From the NCBI GenBank assembly GCA_965248535.1, contig CBDFJR010000005.1, forward strand, positions 2,304,001 to 2,368,000: 64,000 nt of DNA. The letters are read 5' to 3'. Under the pieces are notes generated by a model. The model did no database searches. It was not told where the DNA came from and saw only the letters and a list, made by a program, of their open reading frames with translations. The DNA comes from Phormidesmis sp. GTDB lineage: Bacteria; Cyanobacteriota; Cyanobacteriia; Leptolyngbyales; Leptolyngbyaceae. Shown piece by piece: positions 40,833 through 50,234 of this stretch (positions are counted from its first letter, which is position 1; the number at the start of each line of letters is the position of its first letter). The position numbers and the translations under genes were made by a program.

Positions 40833-41146
40833 ACAACCCGCCTGAAACGCAGCGCAATCGCAGCGCAATTAGCACCGCCCTCATTCGTGAAGATCGCGAT
40901 CGATGAACTCCCCAATCCGCGATGTCATTGATACTAAGGGTCGTGAATTTATTAAGATGTAACTTCTCGCTTAGAGCAGATGGAACCAAACCACGATCGC
41001 GCCCAAAAAAACTCAGCATTCCAAAAAACAAAAAACTCTTGTACAATACACCGCAGTGATGGAGTTGTGCCCCGAAGCCTGATTTAGCAGATCAGACTCC
41101 GAGGACTTCCATCCCTAGTTAGCGACTATTAACTTAGGAGGCGTTC

Positions 41147-41266
41147 ATGATTGTACACCGTCAGCTTTGCTATGGGATCTTGAAAGGCTGGAATCAAGAT
41201 CCTGCATACAGTTTTTACCCAAACGGAATGTTTGAGAGATCCGTGTTTTTGTCCTCTTTAACTTAA
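41147..41266 (+). CDS. Candidate 39-aa leader ORF
   Basis: AGGAGG RBS; MIVHRQLCYGILKGWNQDPAYSFYPNGMFERSVFLSSLT*. Confidence 0.4.
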   Translation: MIVHRQLCYGILKGWNQDPAYSFYPNGMFERSVFLSSLT

Positions 41267-41283
41267 CCGAGAGGACAAAAACT

Positions 41284-41655
41284 ATGGCAGTTAGGACGAT
41301 CGTTCCTAGCTTGATTTCGTTTACCGTTGAGTTGCGATGCTCAATCGAAAAGCGTTATCGAGTCAGTGTGACGTTAGATTTACAAGAGCGTTATCTCTTT
41401 GTGCCGTCTGGCATTCTCGTGAATGTTAGCGATCACATTGAAGAGTTCGTCTCAGAACTGAGTGAGATTGCGTCTAATCAACTGGCATTTCTCAAGTGGG
41501 ATGGCACCAGTGACTTGACCACAGAGTATCAGATTGTGCGAGTGTTGCCCGGTTATCAGGTTGAATGTTCTTTAATGAAATTCAACATTGTTCTGGGTGA
41601 GGGTTCCTTAATTCAAGTGGAGGAGTTGCACAACAAAACTACGATTCAACTCTAG
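41284..41655 (+). CDS. Hypothetical protein
   Basis: 123-aa ORF with GAGG RBS inside a hairpin. Confidence 0.6.
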   Translation: MAVRTIVPSLISFTVELRCSIEKRYRVSVTLDLQERYLFVPSGILVNVSDHIEEFVSELSEIASNQLAFLKWDGTSDLTTEYQIVRVLPGYQVECSLMKFNIVLGEGSLIQVEELHNKTTIQL

Positions 41656-41752
41656 AAAGTTGAGGTTAGGGAGTCATCAATATCCCGTTTGGAAAATGCT
41701 CCCTAACTATAGTCAAACATGGCAAGGCTTTGGCGGTCTCAATCCACAATCC

Positions 41753-42949
41753 TTACCATTGTCCTGAATGGTCTTCATGTTGCAGATGCGTGAGTTGGCG
41801 GCGCTTCCAAGCATAGTGTAAAACATTAATCCCTAGCTCTTGAGCCGTGCGAATCGTCGTCCGTGACAAGCTCAGTGCTGCATCTAATCCCCAAGCTGAA
41901 GCTAAGTTCCCGATCGACAATACCAATCCGCCGCCACTCAAGATCTGAATATTGTGATCATTCACCTGCGGTAAAGCAGCAAACAAGAAAGGTCGCGTTC
42001 GCAGCGGATGATCACGCCGATCTTGATCAAGCGATTTAAGCGAGATCTTCAGCTTTTGGGCTAAAGCTTGAGTCGCCTCAATCAAAGGAGTCGCATCAGG
42101 AGCCGCATCGACCAATAAAGTTCCGCCACTTTTGAGATAGTTCTCTACCGCAGCAAACTCGCGGGCATTGAGCGAAAAGCCTTGTTGACCCGTCAAATAC
42201 AGCAGATCATAATTTTGGAGATCGCCTGTCCACTCGATCGAGTCGATCGTGTCCGCTCCCTGTAGCACCGGGTAAAGCACCTCAACCGCTTGCAGAAAGT
42301 AAGAGAGATTAAAAAAGTTTTGGCTACAATCCGGGTCATCATTGTTGATCTGAGCGAGAGCACATAAGCCTTGAGGACGTGCCTGCGCCCGTCGCCGATA
42401 GCGTAAGTCTAAATCGCCATATCCAGGAAAAAAAACATCATTGGGTTGACTTAAAGCCTTTTTGTCAATTTGCAGCAGAATCCGACACACCTCGACTTCA
42501 GACCCATCAGGCGGACTGCTTCTTTCATCGATCCGAAAGGTTTCTTGCACAAACTCACTGGGCTTTTGCTCTTGCAGTTCATCAGGATCGCGATACTTGA
42601 CCAACAAATAGACAGTGACAGGTTCAGAACCTTTTAGCTCCGTGGCAATCCGAAAATCGATCGACTGAGGCACAACGATCAGATTTCCAGCAACATCAAT
42701 GGCAATCCCCGGCTGAATCTGAAGCCAGAGTTTGTCACGGTAGACCGCAGCCATTTCGGCAGGCGCATCAATCAACCGCACTCCCAACCCGCAGACAATC
42801 CCCGGCTGGTTAAGCGATTGATAATGGACATTTTGGCGCTGACGATGATAAGCATGGGCGCGTCGCCAGCGATCGGCGCTAATTAAAAGTCCGTCAGAAA
42901 CGTGGAGACGTTCAAAAGATTGGATTAGGGGCGGAAACGATCGGGGCAT
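41753..42949 (-). CDS. CIS-associated protein: fibre/baseplate-attachment-like N-terminus + DUF4159 domain
   Basis: ERLHVSDGLLI...PGIVCGLGV...IQPGIAIDVAGNLI; C-terminal LYLTG...YLKSGGTLLVDA...HPL...LGINVLHYA. Confidence 0.75.
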   Translation of the reverse strand: MPRSFPPLIQSFERLHVSDGLLISADRWRRAHAYHRQRQNVHYQSLNQPGIVCGLGVRLIDAPAEMAAVYRDKLWLQIQPGIAIDVAGNLIVVPQSIDFRIATELKGSEPVTVYLLVKYRDPDELQEQKPSEFVQETFRIDERSSPPDGSEVEVCRILLQIDKKALSQPNDVFFPGYGDLDLRYRRRAQARPQGLCALAQINNDDPDCSQNFFNLSYFLQAVEVLYPVLQGADTIDSIEWTGDLQNYDLLYLTGQQGFSLNAREFAAVENYLKSGGTLLVDAAPDATPLIEATQALAQKLKISLKSLDQDRRDHPLRTRPFLFAALPQVNDHNIQILSGGGLVLSIGNLASAWGLDAALSLSRTTIRTAQELGINVLHYAWKRRQLTHLQHEDHSGQW

Positions 42950-42978
42950 CTCTTTAACACCTTGAAGAATGATCAGAA

Positions 42979-44070
42979 CTAAGACGGTGGCTCAATGATT
43001 AACTCATAAGTGCAGAAAGCAGGTTTTTCATGATCGATAATTCGTCGCACTAAAGGCTCGTCGATTAGGCTCCCCGCAGTCAGCCGCAGCCGCACCGCAA
43101 ACTGGTAGGGCTGCCCACCTCCAATCACTGCATCGACTCCTAAAGAAGACCCTCCCAACTCAAACCCTCGACCAAACGGCTCGGTAATCGCGATCGCTCG
43201 ATCGGCTTCTGAGGGCATCTGATCGTCTAACGGCAGCCCGGTATATAAATGCAGATAAAGCCGCAACCCTTTGCGAGTGCCGCGCCAGCGATATAGCTCG
43301 ATCGCTCGCTTAATCAGTTGTCGCTGTTGATGCAAATCCCAGCTTGGGTCGCTTGACCACGCCACCCAGTGCGATAAAAAAGGCAGTAATGCTTCGGGAG
43401 CAGTTAGGGGGTCGAGATTGGCCCACATACTCGTAAAGCTATTGACGACAGGTTCAAACGCTTGCTCAAACACTTTGATGAAGCGACTGATAAAATCAAC
43501 TTCTCGATAGAGCAGCGGCAAAAAAGTGACGTAAGTACTGTGAGGACGCACATACAGATCTACATCCGACTGCTGCATGAGTTTAGGCATCCCACCGCCC
43601 TCATGGTCAGAGTGAGCATATACTGACAAGCAACTGCGAAAATTGAGCTTCAAGCGGTCTCGATCGACAATATCCGCGTCAGGATCTTCAAAAAAGGTTT
43701 CAGGAACCAAAAATAATAGCTCACCATACCAAACTCCCTTTGAGGGAACCTCGATCGTAGAACTATCTACAGCTTGCCACTCTAAGTTAGTTGCCACGGG
43801 CAGTCCTAGCTCACCAAGACTCATCCGACACCAATGCAGAGGAAAGTTTCCCTCAATTTGAAACGTGAGCCGCAGCGCATGAGACTCCCAGTTCTGGATC
43901 TGCACCGACATCCGACTCGGATCTCCAGGATGAAGCACCAAACTTGCATTGCCAGAGGTCACTACCGTCTGTTCAGCAAGACCCAGCAGCCCCGACTGTG
44001 GAGCCGCTTCAGGAATTTGCATCGGGGTCAACTGTAAGCTGATGCTGTGCTGAGTCAGAGTGGGGAGCAT
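42979..44070 (-). CDS. Phage tail/baseplate protein (P2 gpI-like domain) of a CIS
   Basis: FLPLLYRE...LDPLTAPEALLPFLSHWV...LYRWRGTRKGL...EKPAF. Confidence 0.88.
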   Translation of the reverse strand: MLPTLTQHSISLQLTPMQIPEAAPQSGLLGLAEQTVVTSGNASLVLHPGDPSRMSVQIQNWESHALRLTFQIEGNFPLHWCRMSLGELGLPVATNLEWQAVDSSTIEVPSKGVWYGELLFLVPETFFEDPDADIVDRDRLKLNFRSCLSVYAHSDHEGGGMPKLMQQSDVDLYVRPHSTYVTFLPLLYREVDFISRFIKVFEQAFEPVVNSFTSMWANLDPLTAPEALLPFLSHWVAWSSDPSWDLHQQRQLIKRAIELYRWRGTRKGLRLYLHLYTGLPLDDQMPSEADRAIAITEPFGRGFELGGSSLGVDAVIGGGQPYQFAVRLRLTAGSLIDEPLVRRIIDHEKPAFCTYELIIEPPS

Positions 44071-44124
44071 AAGCCAATGAGCTAGTTTATGGAACTGGAA
44101 ACACTAGAGAGAAACGGTCTGAAG

Positions 44125-46338
44125 TCACGATCGAATCACATTGATCACATGGCTCGATCGCAGCCGTTCATCCGCCCACGAACAAATCAAGCCCAACTCA
44201 CCCGGATCGATAAAGGGTTCTGGTGAGGGCTGACGTTGCCAACGTTCACCCTGTCGCCGAATTGGAAACAGCAAGACTGCACCCAAATAGCGCACTCCTG
44301 GCGTTTGTTGCAGCAGTGCCATCAGGTCTGAAGGATAAACCGGACGACCCAACTCCCATCCTTTGCCTTCTGCTCCTCCGGTGATCGGATTGAGATAGCG
44401 ATAAAGATTGCTCCGCAGCCGATGGACGATCTCTTGTCGTGCCGCAGGATTGCTGTAAATTGATTCGAGGGCGACTTCGGCTTGAACCGAGACTCCGACA
44501 TACTCTGGGACTTCTAGCTGCACCTGCACCCCAAGCAGCCGTCGTTCATCTAAATCATGCAGAATCTGCTCTTGCAGCGCCGCAGTCAGGGCAAAGCGGT
44601 CTGGCGGAATCCCTGACTGCACGGTGTCGGCGGTTGCTTGGGGCACAATCAACAAGCCAACGCTTCCCGCACTGCGGTTGGCACCTGCTGGCAGACAGCG
44701 CACCCGCGAGATTGCGCCTCTGCCTGCTTGGTGGGTCAACACTTCAAAATCTTCGGCGGTGACAGCTCGATCGCGCGATCGTAGCGTTAGAGGCGCTCGC
44801 AGCACCGCTTGATCGAGCGATTCGGCATCCGCGCCATACAGTGCAGGGGCATGATTAGTGACGCTGGCAACATAGGGAATGGCAGACTTGAGAAACCTCA
44901 GCGTCCCATCTTGCACATTTCCTTTTTTTCCGCCACCCGTGCGATACGCCATCAGCGTAATCACCGCTCCGCGTGCGGGAACTGCACCATACTGATGTTC
45001 TAATCGGCGACGCGACGATTCTCTTCCCGTCACAGCCGCATCAATCTCGCTAGAACTGGGGAGTTGCGTTTGCCAATCGCTCAACGATCGCGCCTCTGTC
45101 TCAAGCGGTTGCTTCAGCGATTCCGGTTCTCGAATCAGCGGCCCAAACTGAATTGTTCCCGTGAGTGAATTAATCGTGTAGTGGCGATCGTCGGGAGCCG
45201 ACTCCGCAAAATCTTTCACTTCTTGCCACGTTTGCGGCAATCCTCCGGCTGGAGTGACCACAATATACTCGTTCGATCGTCGCTCTAAAATCGGGGGAGC
45301 CTGAACCTGAAAACTCTGCCCCGGTTTGCCATTGCTGATGCCCAACTGCTCCTGCTGAATCAAAACGCTCTGGCTTGCCCGCACCGTGCCGCCCATCGAT
45401 CGCACCGCAATGCCCGTCACTCGTGGAGAACTGGTGTAACCGGGTTGAGTCGCGGTCGGCTCGATCAAAGCACACCGCAGCCAGCGCCCCCGATAAGCGG
45501 TAAAGCTCACGATCGGAAACTGCTCTGGCAAATGCAACACAATGTCTGCCCCTTGTTCGGGGCTTCCCCCTTGTTGAGCCACTTCATGAAAACTAAAGCC
45601 GCCCGTTGCGTCGTCAGATTCATGCAGCAACACCGATTGCCAGTTTTGCCCGTTCCAAGCTTCCCAACGACGCGGCGGATGAGCAGGATCGATGCCCGTT
45701 GGCGTTCCTCTCGCTCCTTTCAAGGTCAGGGCTAAAACATTGCCATCAAGATCTTCATCTGCCCCCAAAACGAGGTAAAAGCAATTACCAGCCTGGGGTT
45801 GTTCCGAAAACAATGATTGCTCATTGCCCGACCAAATACTCTCGGTTTGCTCTGCCCACTGACTGCGATCGTGGAGAGCTTGCGGTGAATGATCTGCCGT
45901 TGAAGCCGTCAGAAAATGTCTGAGGATGGCTTTCCCGATTGTTAAATTCTCATTGCTGCTAAACACGATCGCTTCCTGCGTTTCGGTGCGTTCGGTGGCG
46001 ACTTCTGTTCCTTGAACAATTTGATAGGGTTCTGGCAGAGTGGTGGTGAGATAAAACGTAAGCTGAGTTTGGGCAGGAGCAGGTGGCTGAAGGCGAACCC
46101 CTAAAAGTTCTAAAAACGCCACATAATTCTTACGCGGCACTTGATTAAACCGCATCAGCATTTGATCGGTTAACCAAGCAAACAATTCAACCAGCGTAAT
46201 GCCTGGATCACTGAGGTTGTGATCTGTCCATTCTGGACAATAGCGGGGAATCCGCAGCAGGCACTCTTCGACTAATTCATCAAAAGTACGATCGTCGAGA
46301 TTAGAACTCGGTAGTTTGGGTAAAAAATCAAATTCCAC
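44125..46338 (-). CDS. Baseplate J-like assembly protein of a CIS
   Basis: LDDRTF...PEWTDHNLSDPGITLVELFAW...YRTGGG...RAVTAEDFE...GWELGRPV. Confidence 0.92.
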   Translation of the reverse strand: MEFDFLPKLPSSNLDDRTFDELVEECLLRIPRYCPEWTDHNLSDPGITLVELFAWLTDQMLMRFNQVPRKNYVAFLELLGVRLQPPAPAQTQLTFYLTTTLPEPYQIVQGTEVATERTETQEAIVFSSNENLTIGKAILRHFLTASTADHSPQALHDRSQWAEQTESIWSGNEQSLFSEQPQAGNCFYLVLGADEDLDGNVLALTLKGARGTPTGIDPAHPPRRWEAWNGQNWQSVLLHESDDATGGFSFHEVAQQGGSPEQGADIVLHLPEQFPIVSFTAYRGRWLRCALIEPTATQPGYTSSPRVTGIAVRSMGGTVRASQSVLIQQEQLGISNGKPGQSFQVQAPPILERRSNEYIVVTPAGGLPQTWQEVKDFAESAPDDRHYTINSLTGTIQFGPLIREPESLKQPLETEARSLSDWQTQLPSSSEIDAAVTGRESSRRRLEHQYGAVPARGAVITLMAYRTGGGKKGNVQDGTLRFLKSAIPYVASVTNHAPALYGADAESLDQAVLRAPLTLRSRDRAVTAEDFEVLTHQAGRGAISRVRCLPAGANRSAGSVGLLIVPQATADTVQSGIPPDRFALTAALQEQILHDLDERRLLGVQVQLEVPEYVGVSVQAEVALESIYSNPAARQEIVHRLRSNLYRYLNPITGGAEGKGWELGRPVYPSDLMALLQQTPGVRYLGAVLLFPIRRQGERWQRQPSPEPFIDPGELGLICSWADERLRSSHVINVIRS

Positions 46339-46340
46339 GG

Positions 46341-46781
46341 CTACTCCGCCATTGAGATTAAGTAGAACGGATAAACAAAGCTGTAGGCATCAGGATAGTT
46401 TTTTAGCCGATAGTCGATAATGATGTCTACTCTGCCGCGCACGGGGTCTGGATCAGTTCGGACTTCATCAATTAGAATGCGCGGTTCCCAAGTCCGCAGC
46501 GCCTCTAAGACATAGAGGCGAATCCGCAGCAGGGTATCACTATTGAGGGGAGCAAACACAAGCTCAGACAGGCGGCAGCCAAAGTTTGGGCGATAGACCC
46601 GCTCTCCCAGCCCGGTTCGCAGAATAATCCAAATCGCTTCTTTCACTTTTTGGGCAGCCACACTGACCTGCATACCCCCCTGAACATTGAGATGGAGGGG
46701 AAACGCAAAGCCTGCGCCTAAATGCTCTCGCTGCTGACTGTTCCGCAGATCTGCCATAGGTTCCTCTGCTGAGTATGGCAC
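46341..46781 (-). CDS. GPW/gp25-family baseplate protein
   Basis: LGAGFAFP...ILRTGLGERVYRPNFGC...WEPRI...VYPFYL; the start is probably MADL. Confidence 0.93.
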   Translation of the reverse strand: MPYSAEEPMADLRNSQQREHLGAGFAFPLHLNVQGGMQVSVAAQKVKEAIWIILRTGLGERVYRPNFGCRLSELVFAPLNSDTLLRIRLYVLEALRTWEPRILIDEVRTDPDPVRGRVDIIIDYRLKNYPDAYSFVYPFYLISMAE

Positions 46782-46954
46782 TTAGAATACTGGGCTTGTC
46801 GTTAGGCTTCACTAGCTGAAAGTCGAAATCTAGTCCGCGATCGCTCACTTTACGATCGCCCCGCTTGACATTGCGTGAGCGATCGCGGACTGTGGGACAG
46901 TCGGGCAAGATCTTTGCAGTCGAGCGAACTCTTTATACTGTAAAATAGGCTCTC

Positions 46955-48364
46955 ATGATTGGTCGAGTGCTGGATGGACGTTATCGAGTCGTTGCTGAAC
47001 TTGGCGGTGGAGGGTTCAGCCGGACTTATATTGGAGAAGATACCCGCCGACCGGGGAATCCCAAATGTGTAATTAAACATCTCTTCCTCGATCGCTTCGA
47101 TCCCCAGCAGGTCGTCATAGCAAAGCGTTTGTTTAAAGGCGAGGCAGAAACGTTAGAAAAACTGGGGCGACATGACCAGATTCCGCAACTGTTTGCCTAC
47201 CTAGAAGAAGAGTTTTGTCTAGTCCAGGAATTTATCGAAGGGGTTCCTCTCAACGTTGAGTTAGTGCCAGAACAACACTGGAGCGAAGCAAAAGTCGTAG
47301 AATTGCTCAACGATGTTTTAGGCATTTTGGAGTATGTGCATCAACAAGGCGTGATTCACCGAGATATCAAACCCGAAAATCTGATTCGGCGGCAGTCTGA
47401 TGGCAAGTTTGTGCTCATTGACTTTGGAGCCGTGAAGCTGATTCCGCAATCGCTGGGGACTCAAGCCCAGATCAATCCGACGATCATGATTGGTACGCTA
47501 GGCTACTATCCAACTGAGCAAGGGCAAGGCAGACCTCGACCGAGCAGCGATCTCTATGCTCTGGGCATGATTGCGATTCAAGCGCTGACGGGAATTCATC
47601 CAAGAGCGATCGAAGAAGAGCCGACAACGGGCGAAATTCAGTGGCAACATCTAATTCCAGTGACTCCAAAGTTGGCAGACGTGCTGACCAAATTGGTTCG
47701 CTACCACTTCAAAGACCGTTATCTGACAGCAACCGACGCGATCGCGGCAGTGCGATCGCTTCAGACTCAACCGCAAGGAAGGCCCAGATCGACGATCGTT
47801 TGGGGGAGCGCGATCGCGGCGGGGGGAGTTGCGATCGCGGCGTTGATCTTTCTCAAATTTTCTCAACCAACTCCGCAAACGACTCCAGCCAACGGTGCAG
47901 TGCAGTCTTCTTCTACGCCCTCACGTCCAATACCAACCAATCCGCAAACTCCTTCGGCACTTCCAAGCCAAGTGCGATATAACTACGAGAAATTGCAGAT
48001 TGAATTAAGACGGCAAAACCTCGAAGAGGCTAACCAAACGACCTTCAATCTTATGTTAGGAATTGCAGGGCAAAAATCAAGCAATTCTGGTGCGTTCGAT
48101 CCCACTGAATGGAACCGCTTTCCTTGTGATCAGCTTGTCAAAATCGACCAATTGTGGAGTAGCGCAAGCAATGGGGAGCAGGGATTTAGTGTGCAATCTG
48201 ATGTTTATCAGAAGTTTGGAAAAAACATTAGACAGTTCTACAGGGCTGTGGGTTGGGCGGATGAGCGAGGCACCATTAAGAAAAAGATCGATTTCAACAA
48301 TCTACGGAAGGGTTCTCTACCGGTTTCAAGCGCATTCCAGGGGTATGCAGCTTGTAAACTATAG
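46955..48364 (+). CDS. Ser/Thr protein kinase - TM - GUN4-like domain
   Basis: GGGGFS, HRDIKPEN, DFG, TM, then FPCDQLVKIDQLWSSASNGEQGFSVQ. Confidence 0.92.
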   Translation: MIGRVLDGRYRVVAELGGGGFSRTYIGEDTRRPGNPKCVIKHLFLDRFDPQQVVIAKRLFKGEAETLEKLGRHDQIPQLFAYLEEEFCLVQEFIEGVPLNVELVPEQHWSEAKVVELLNDVLGILEYVHQQGVIHRDIKPENLIRRQSDGKFVLIDFGAVKLIPQSLGTQAQINPTIMIGTLGYYPTEQGQGRPRPSSDLYALGMIAIQALTGIHPRAIEEEPTTGEIQWQHLIPVTPKLADVLTKLVRYHFKDRYLTATDAIAAVRSLQTQPQGRPRSTIVWGSAIAAGGVAIAALIFLKFSQPTPQTTPANGAVQSSSTPSRPIPTNPQTPSALPSQVRYNYEKLQIELRRQNLEEANQTTFNLMLGIAGQKSSNSGAFDPTEWNRFPCDQLVKIDQLWSSASNGEQGFSVQSDVYQKFGKNIRQFYRAVGWADERGTIKKKIDFNNLRKGSLPVSSAFQGYAACKL

Positions 48365-48501
48365 CCTTGCTAACTCTGTAGAGCTGTTGGCATTGTGATT
48401 CATTGGCTAAAGTGCATCAGTCGTTCAAAGTTTCACCTAATACACCTTGTCAGAGACTAAGCATTTAAAACTATGACTACTTAAACCTTTATAAGCCACA
48501 C

Positions 48502-49035
48502 ATGGTACTGGTAAAGAAAGCAATGCAATTCAAAAGTCATTTCTTTTCAATTGTCTTGGGAATGCTAGGTTCATTTTTCTGGGGCATTTCACCCACGATC
48601 GCGGCTGAAGCAAGCACAACCCAGGATGATTACACTCGATTGCAAACCGCGCTCAATCAGCGAGACTTTAAAACGGCTGATGCCCTGACTTACAAGCTCA
48701 TGCTGAGAATTGCAGGACAAAAATCTAGCAATTCTCGTGCGTTTAATCTCACTGAATGGAACAGCTTTCCTTGTGGTCATCTGATCAAAATTGACCAGCT
48801 ATGGAGCAGTGCAACCAATGGAGAGCAAGGATTTAGTGTGCAATCTCAGCTTTATCAAGGAGCAACAGCCCATAAAGCCGAGCAAGTCTACAGAACGGTA
48901 GGGTGGATGGATGGACGCGGAAAGTTCAAAAAGCCGAATTATCAATCTCCACTGTCGGGTTCTTTACCCTTCCAACTCGCTTGGCAAGACGGGAACGAAC
49001 ATCGGTTCGAGAAGTTTACGGCTTGTAACTTGTAA
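48502..49035 (+). CDS. Secreted GUN4-like domain protein
   Basis: Signal peptide; DYTRLQTAL...FPCGHLIKIDQLW...GFSVQ...VGW...GSLP. Confidence 0.85.
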   Translation: MVLVKKAMQFKSHFFSIVLGMLGSFFWGISPTIAAEASTTQDDYTRLQTALNQRDFKTADALTYKLMLRIAGQKSSNSRAFNLTEWNSFPCGHLIKIDQLWSSATNGEQGFSVQSQLYQGATAHKAEQVYRTVGWMDGRGKFKKPNYQSPLSGSLPFQLAWQDGNEHRFEKFTACNL

Positions 49036-49063
49036 ACCTTTGAGCAATCAAATTGGAGGAACA

Positions 49064-50029
49064 ATGCAATTAAAGCACCGTTTTTTATTCTTTATATTAG
49101 GAACGCTTGGTTCAGTATGTTTGAGCATTTGTGGCGCGATCGCGGCTGAGGCCCAGACGGTCAGAGCGTCCGCAACGATTGCCCAAGGCGCGACTCCACC
49201 TCCGCTTCCACCGGATACCCCTTCAACAGATTTGAATGCTGTAAGAGCGATCCATCAGCAGATCAACGATGGCTATTCTCAACGAGCTGAAGCCGCCGCC
49301 GCCGCCGCAAATCAGCGTCAACAGGCCCGTCAGCAACAGTTCGACGATACCGTCGAAAAACATGATGCCCAAGCGGAAGAGGATGCAAAACAAGCGGTAG
49401 TCCCTACGCGCACACCGTTCCAACCGGAAACGGAAAATCTGGCTCAAGCCGCGACACCGCCTCCCCTTCCACCTGACTCGCCGATGAGAGTTGAGACACC
49501 GCCTCCCCTTCCACCTGATTCTCCGGTGAGCGACTCACCTCAACCAAAGGCAGAATATTCTATCGTCCAGGCTCCCGTTGTATCGTCAAGCCAGCCAAAA
49601 TCTAGCGAAAAAGCAAATGCGAAAAAGCTGAATCTGGGTAAACTATCGTTTGCGTGTGCCGCCAAGGATGGAACACCTACCACGATCGCGAAGCTAAACG
49701 ATCGTGAGTTAGGCGTAATTGTTTGGACTTCTACATTTTTCGCGCCGACAGGGTTTAATCCGCAAATGCGCTGTGATTCTGTATCTAAACGGTTTGAAGC
49801 ATACAGCAAAGCGCACAAACTGATCTATCTCGCGATCGGCAAACTCAACAACCAACGTGTCCTTTGTGCAACGAGTCAGGAAAATGGTAGCTGCGGGGAT
49901 GGCACTGTAAATAATGCAGGATTGCTGTTGACGCTCAAGCCTGACAGTAATGCTCAAGAAGAGTTAGATCAACTGTCTAAGGTATTAATAAGTGAGGCAA
50001 ACACCCCGTCTGACCCCCTAAAAGAGTAA
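49064..50029 (+). CDS. Secreted Pro-rich protein with C-terminal COP23-like domain
   Basis: GGAGG RBS before MQLKHR; TPPPLPPD x3; FACAAKDGTPTT...GFNPQMRCDSVSKRF...VLCA...LLLTLKP. Confidence 0.85.
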   Translation: MQLKHRFLFFILGTLGSVCLSICGAIAAEAQTVRASATIAQGATPPPLPPDTPSTDLNAVRAIHQQINDGYSQRAEAAAAAANQRQQARQQQFDDTVEKHDAQAEEDAKQAVVPTRTPFQPETENLAQAATPPPLPPDSPMRVETPPPLPPDSPVSDSPQPKAEYSIVQAPVVSSSQPKSSEKANAKKLNLGKLSFACAAKDGTPTTIAKLNDRELGVIVWTSTFFAPTGFNPQMRCDSVSKRFEAYSKAHKLIYLAIGKLNNQRVLCATSQENGSCGDGTVNNAGLLLTLKPDSNAQEELDQLSKVLISEANTPSDPLKE

Positions 50030-50048
50030 CAATACATCCTCATTTAAG

Positions 50049-50234
50049 GTGACTATCATGCAAGAAATTGAAAGGTTTTTCACCAATTTGTTCAGTGGAA
50101 TCTTTAATCGCTTCAAGTACGATGCGATAGAGGTTGCTGAGAGAAAAGCGCGAGAAGCCATTGATTCAAAGGTGAATCAGCAGCATCAATCTAAACCAGA
50201 AGAGCAAGAGGAGCGTGAAAAGGAGCAATGGTAA
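50049..50234 (+). CDS. Small hypothetical protein (amphipathic N-terminal helix)
   Basis: Follows the COP23 gene directly; MQEIERFFTNLFSGIFNRF. Confidence 0.5.
   Translation: MTIMQEIERFFTNLFSGIFNRFKYDAIEVAERKAREAIDSKVNQQHQSKPEEQEEREKEQW

Noticed and set aside
41055..41115. Fluoride riboswitch (GTGATGGAGTT)
   Set aside because: The following bases do not form the short P1 stem, the CTAATGAC-like 3' motif is absent, and there is no crcB-type gene
41753..46781. Prophage tail module or T6SS
   Set aside because: No capsid, portal, terminase or integrase, and no TssJLM/ClpV; the gene set fits a CIS baseplate
48911..49063. Long N-terminal extension of the COP23 ORF
   Set aside because: It overlaps the GUN4 gene; the RBS and signal peptide indicate a start at 49064
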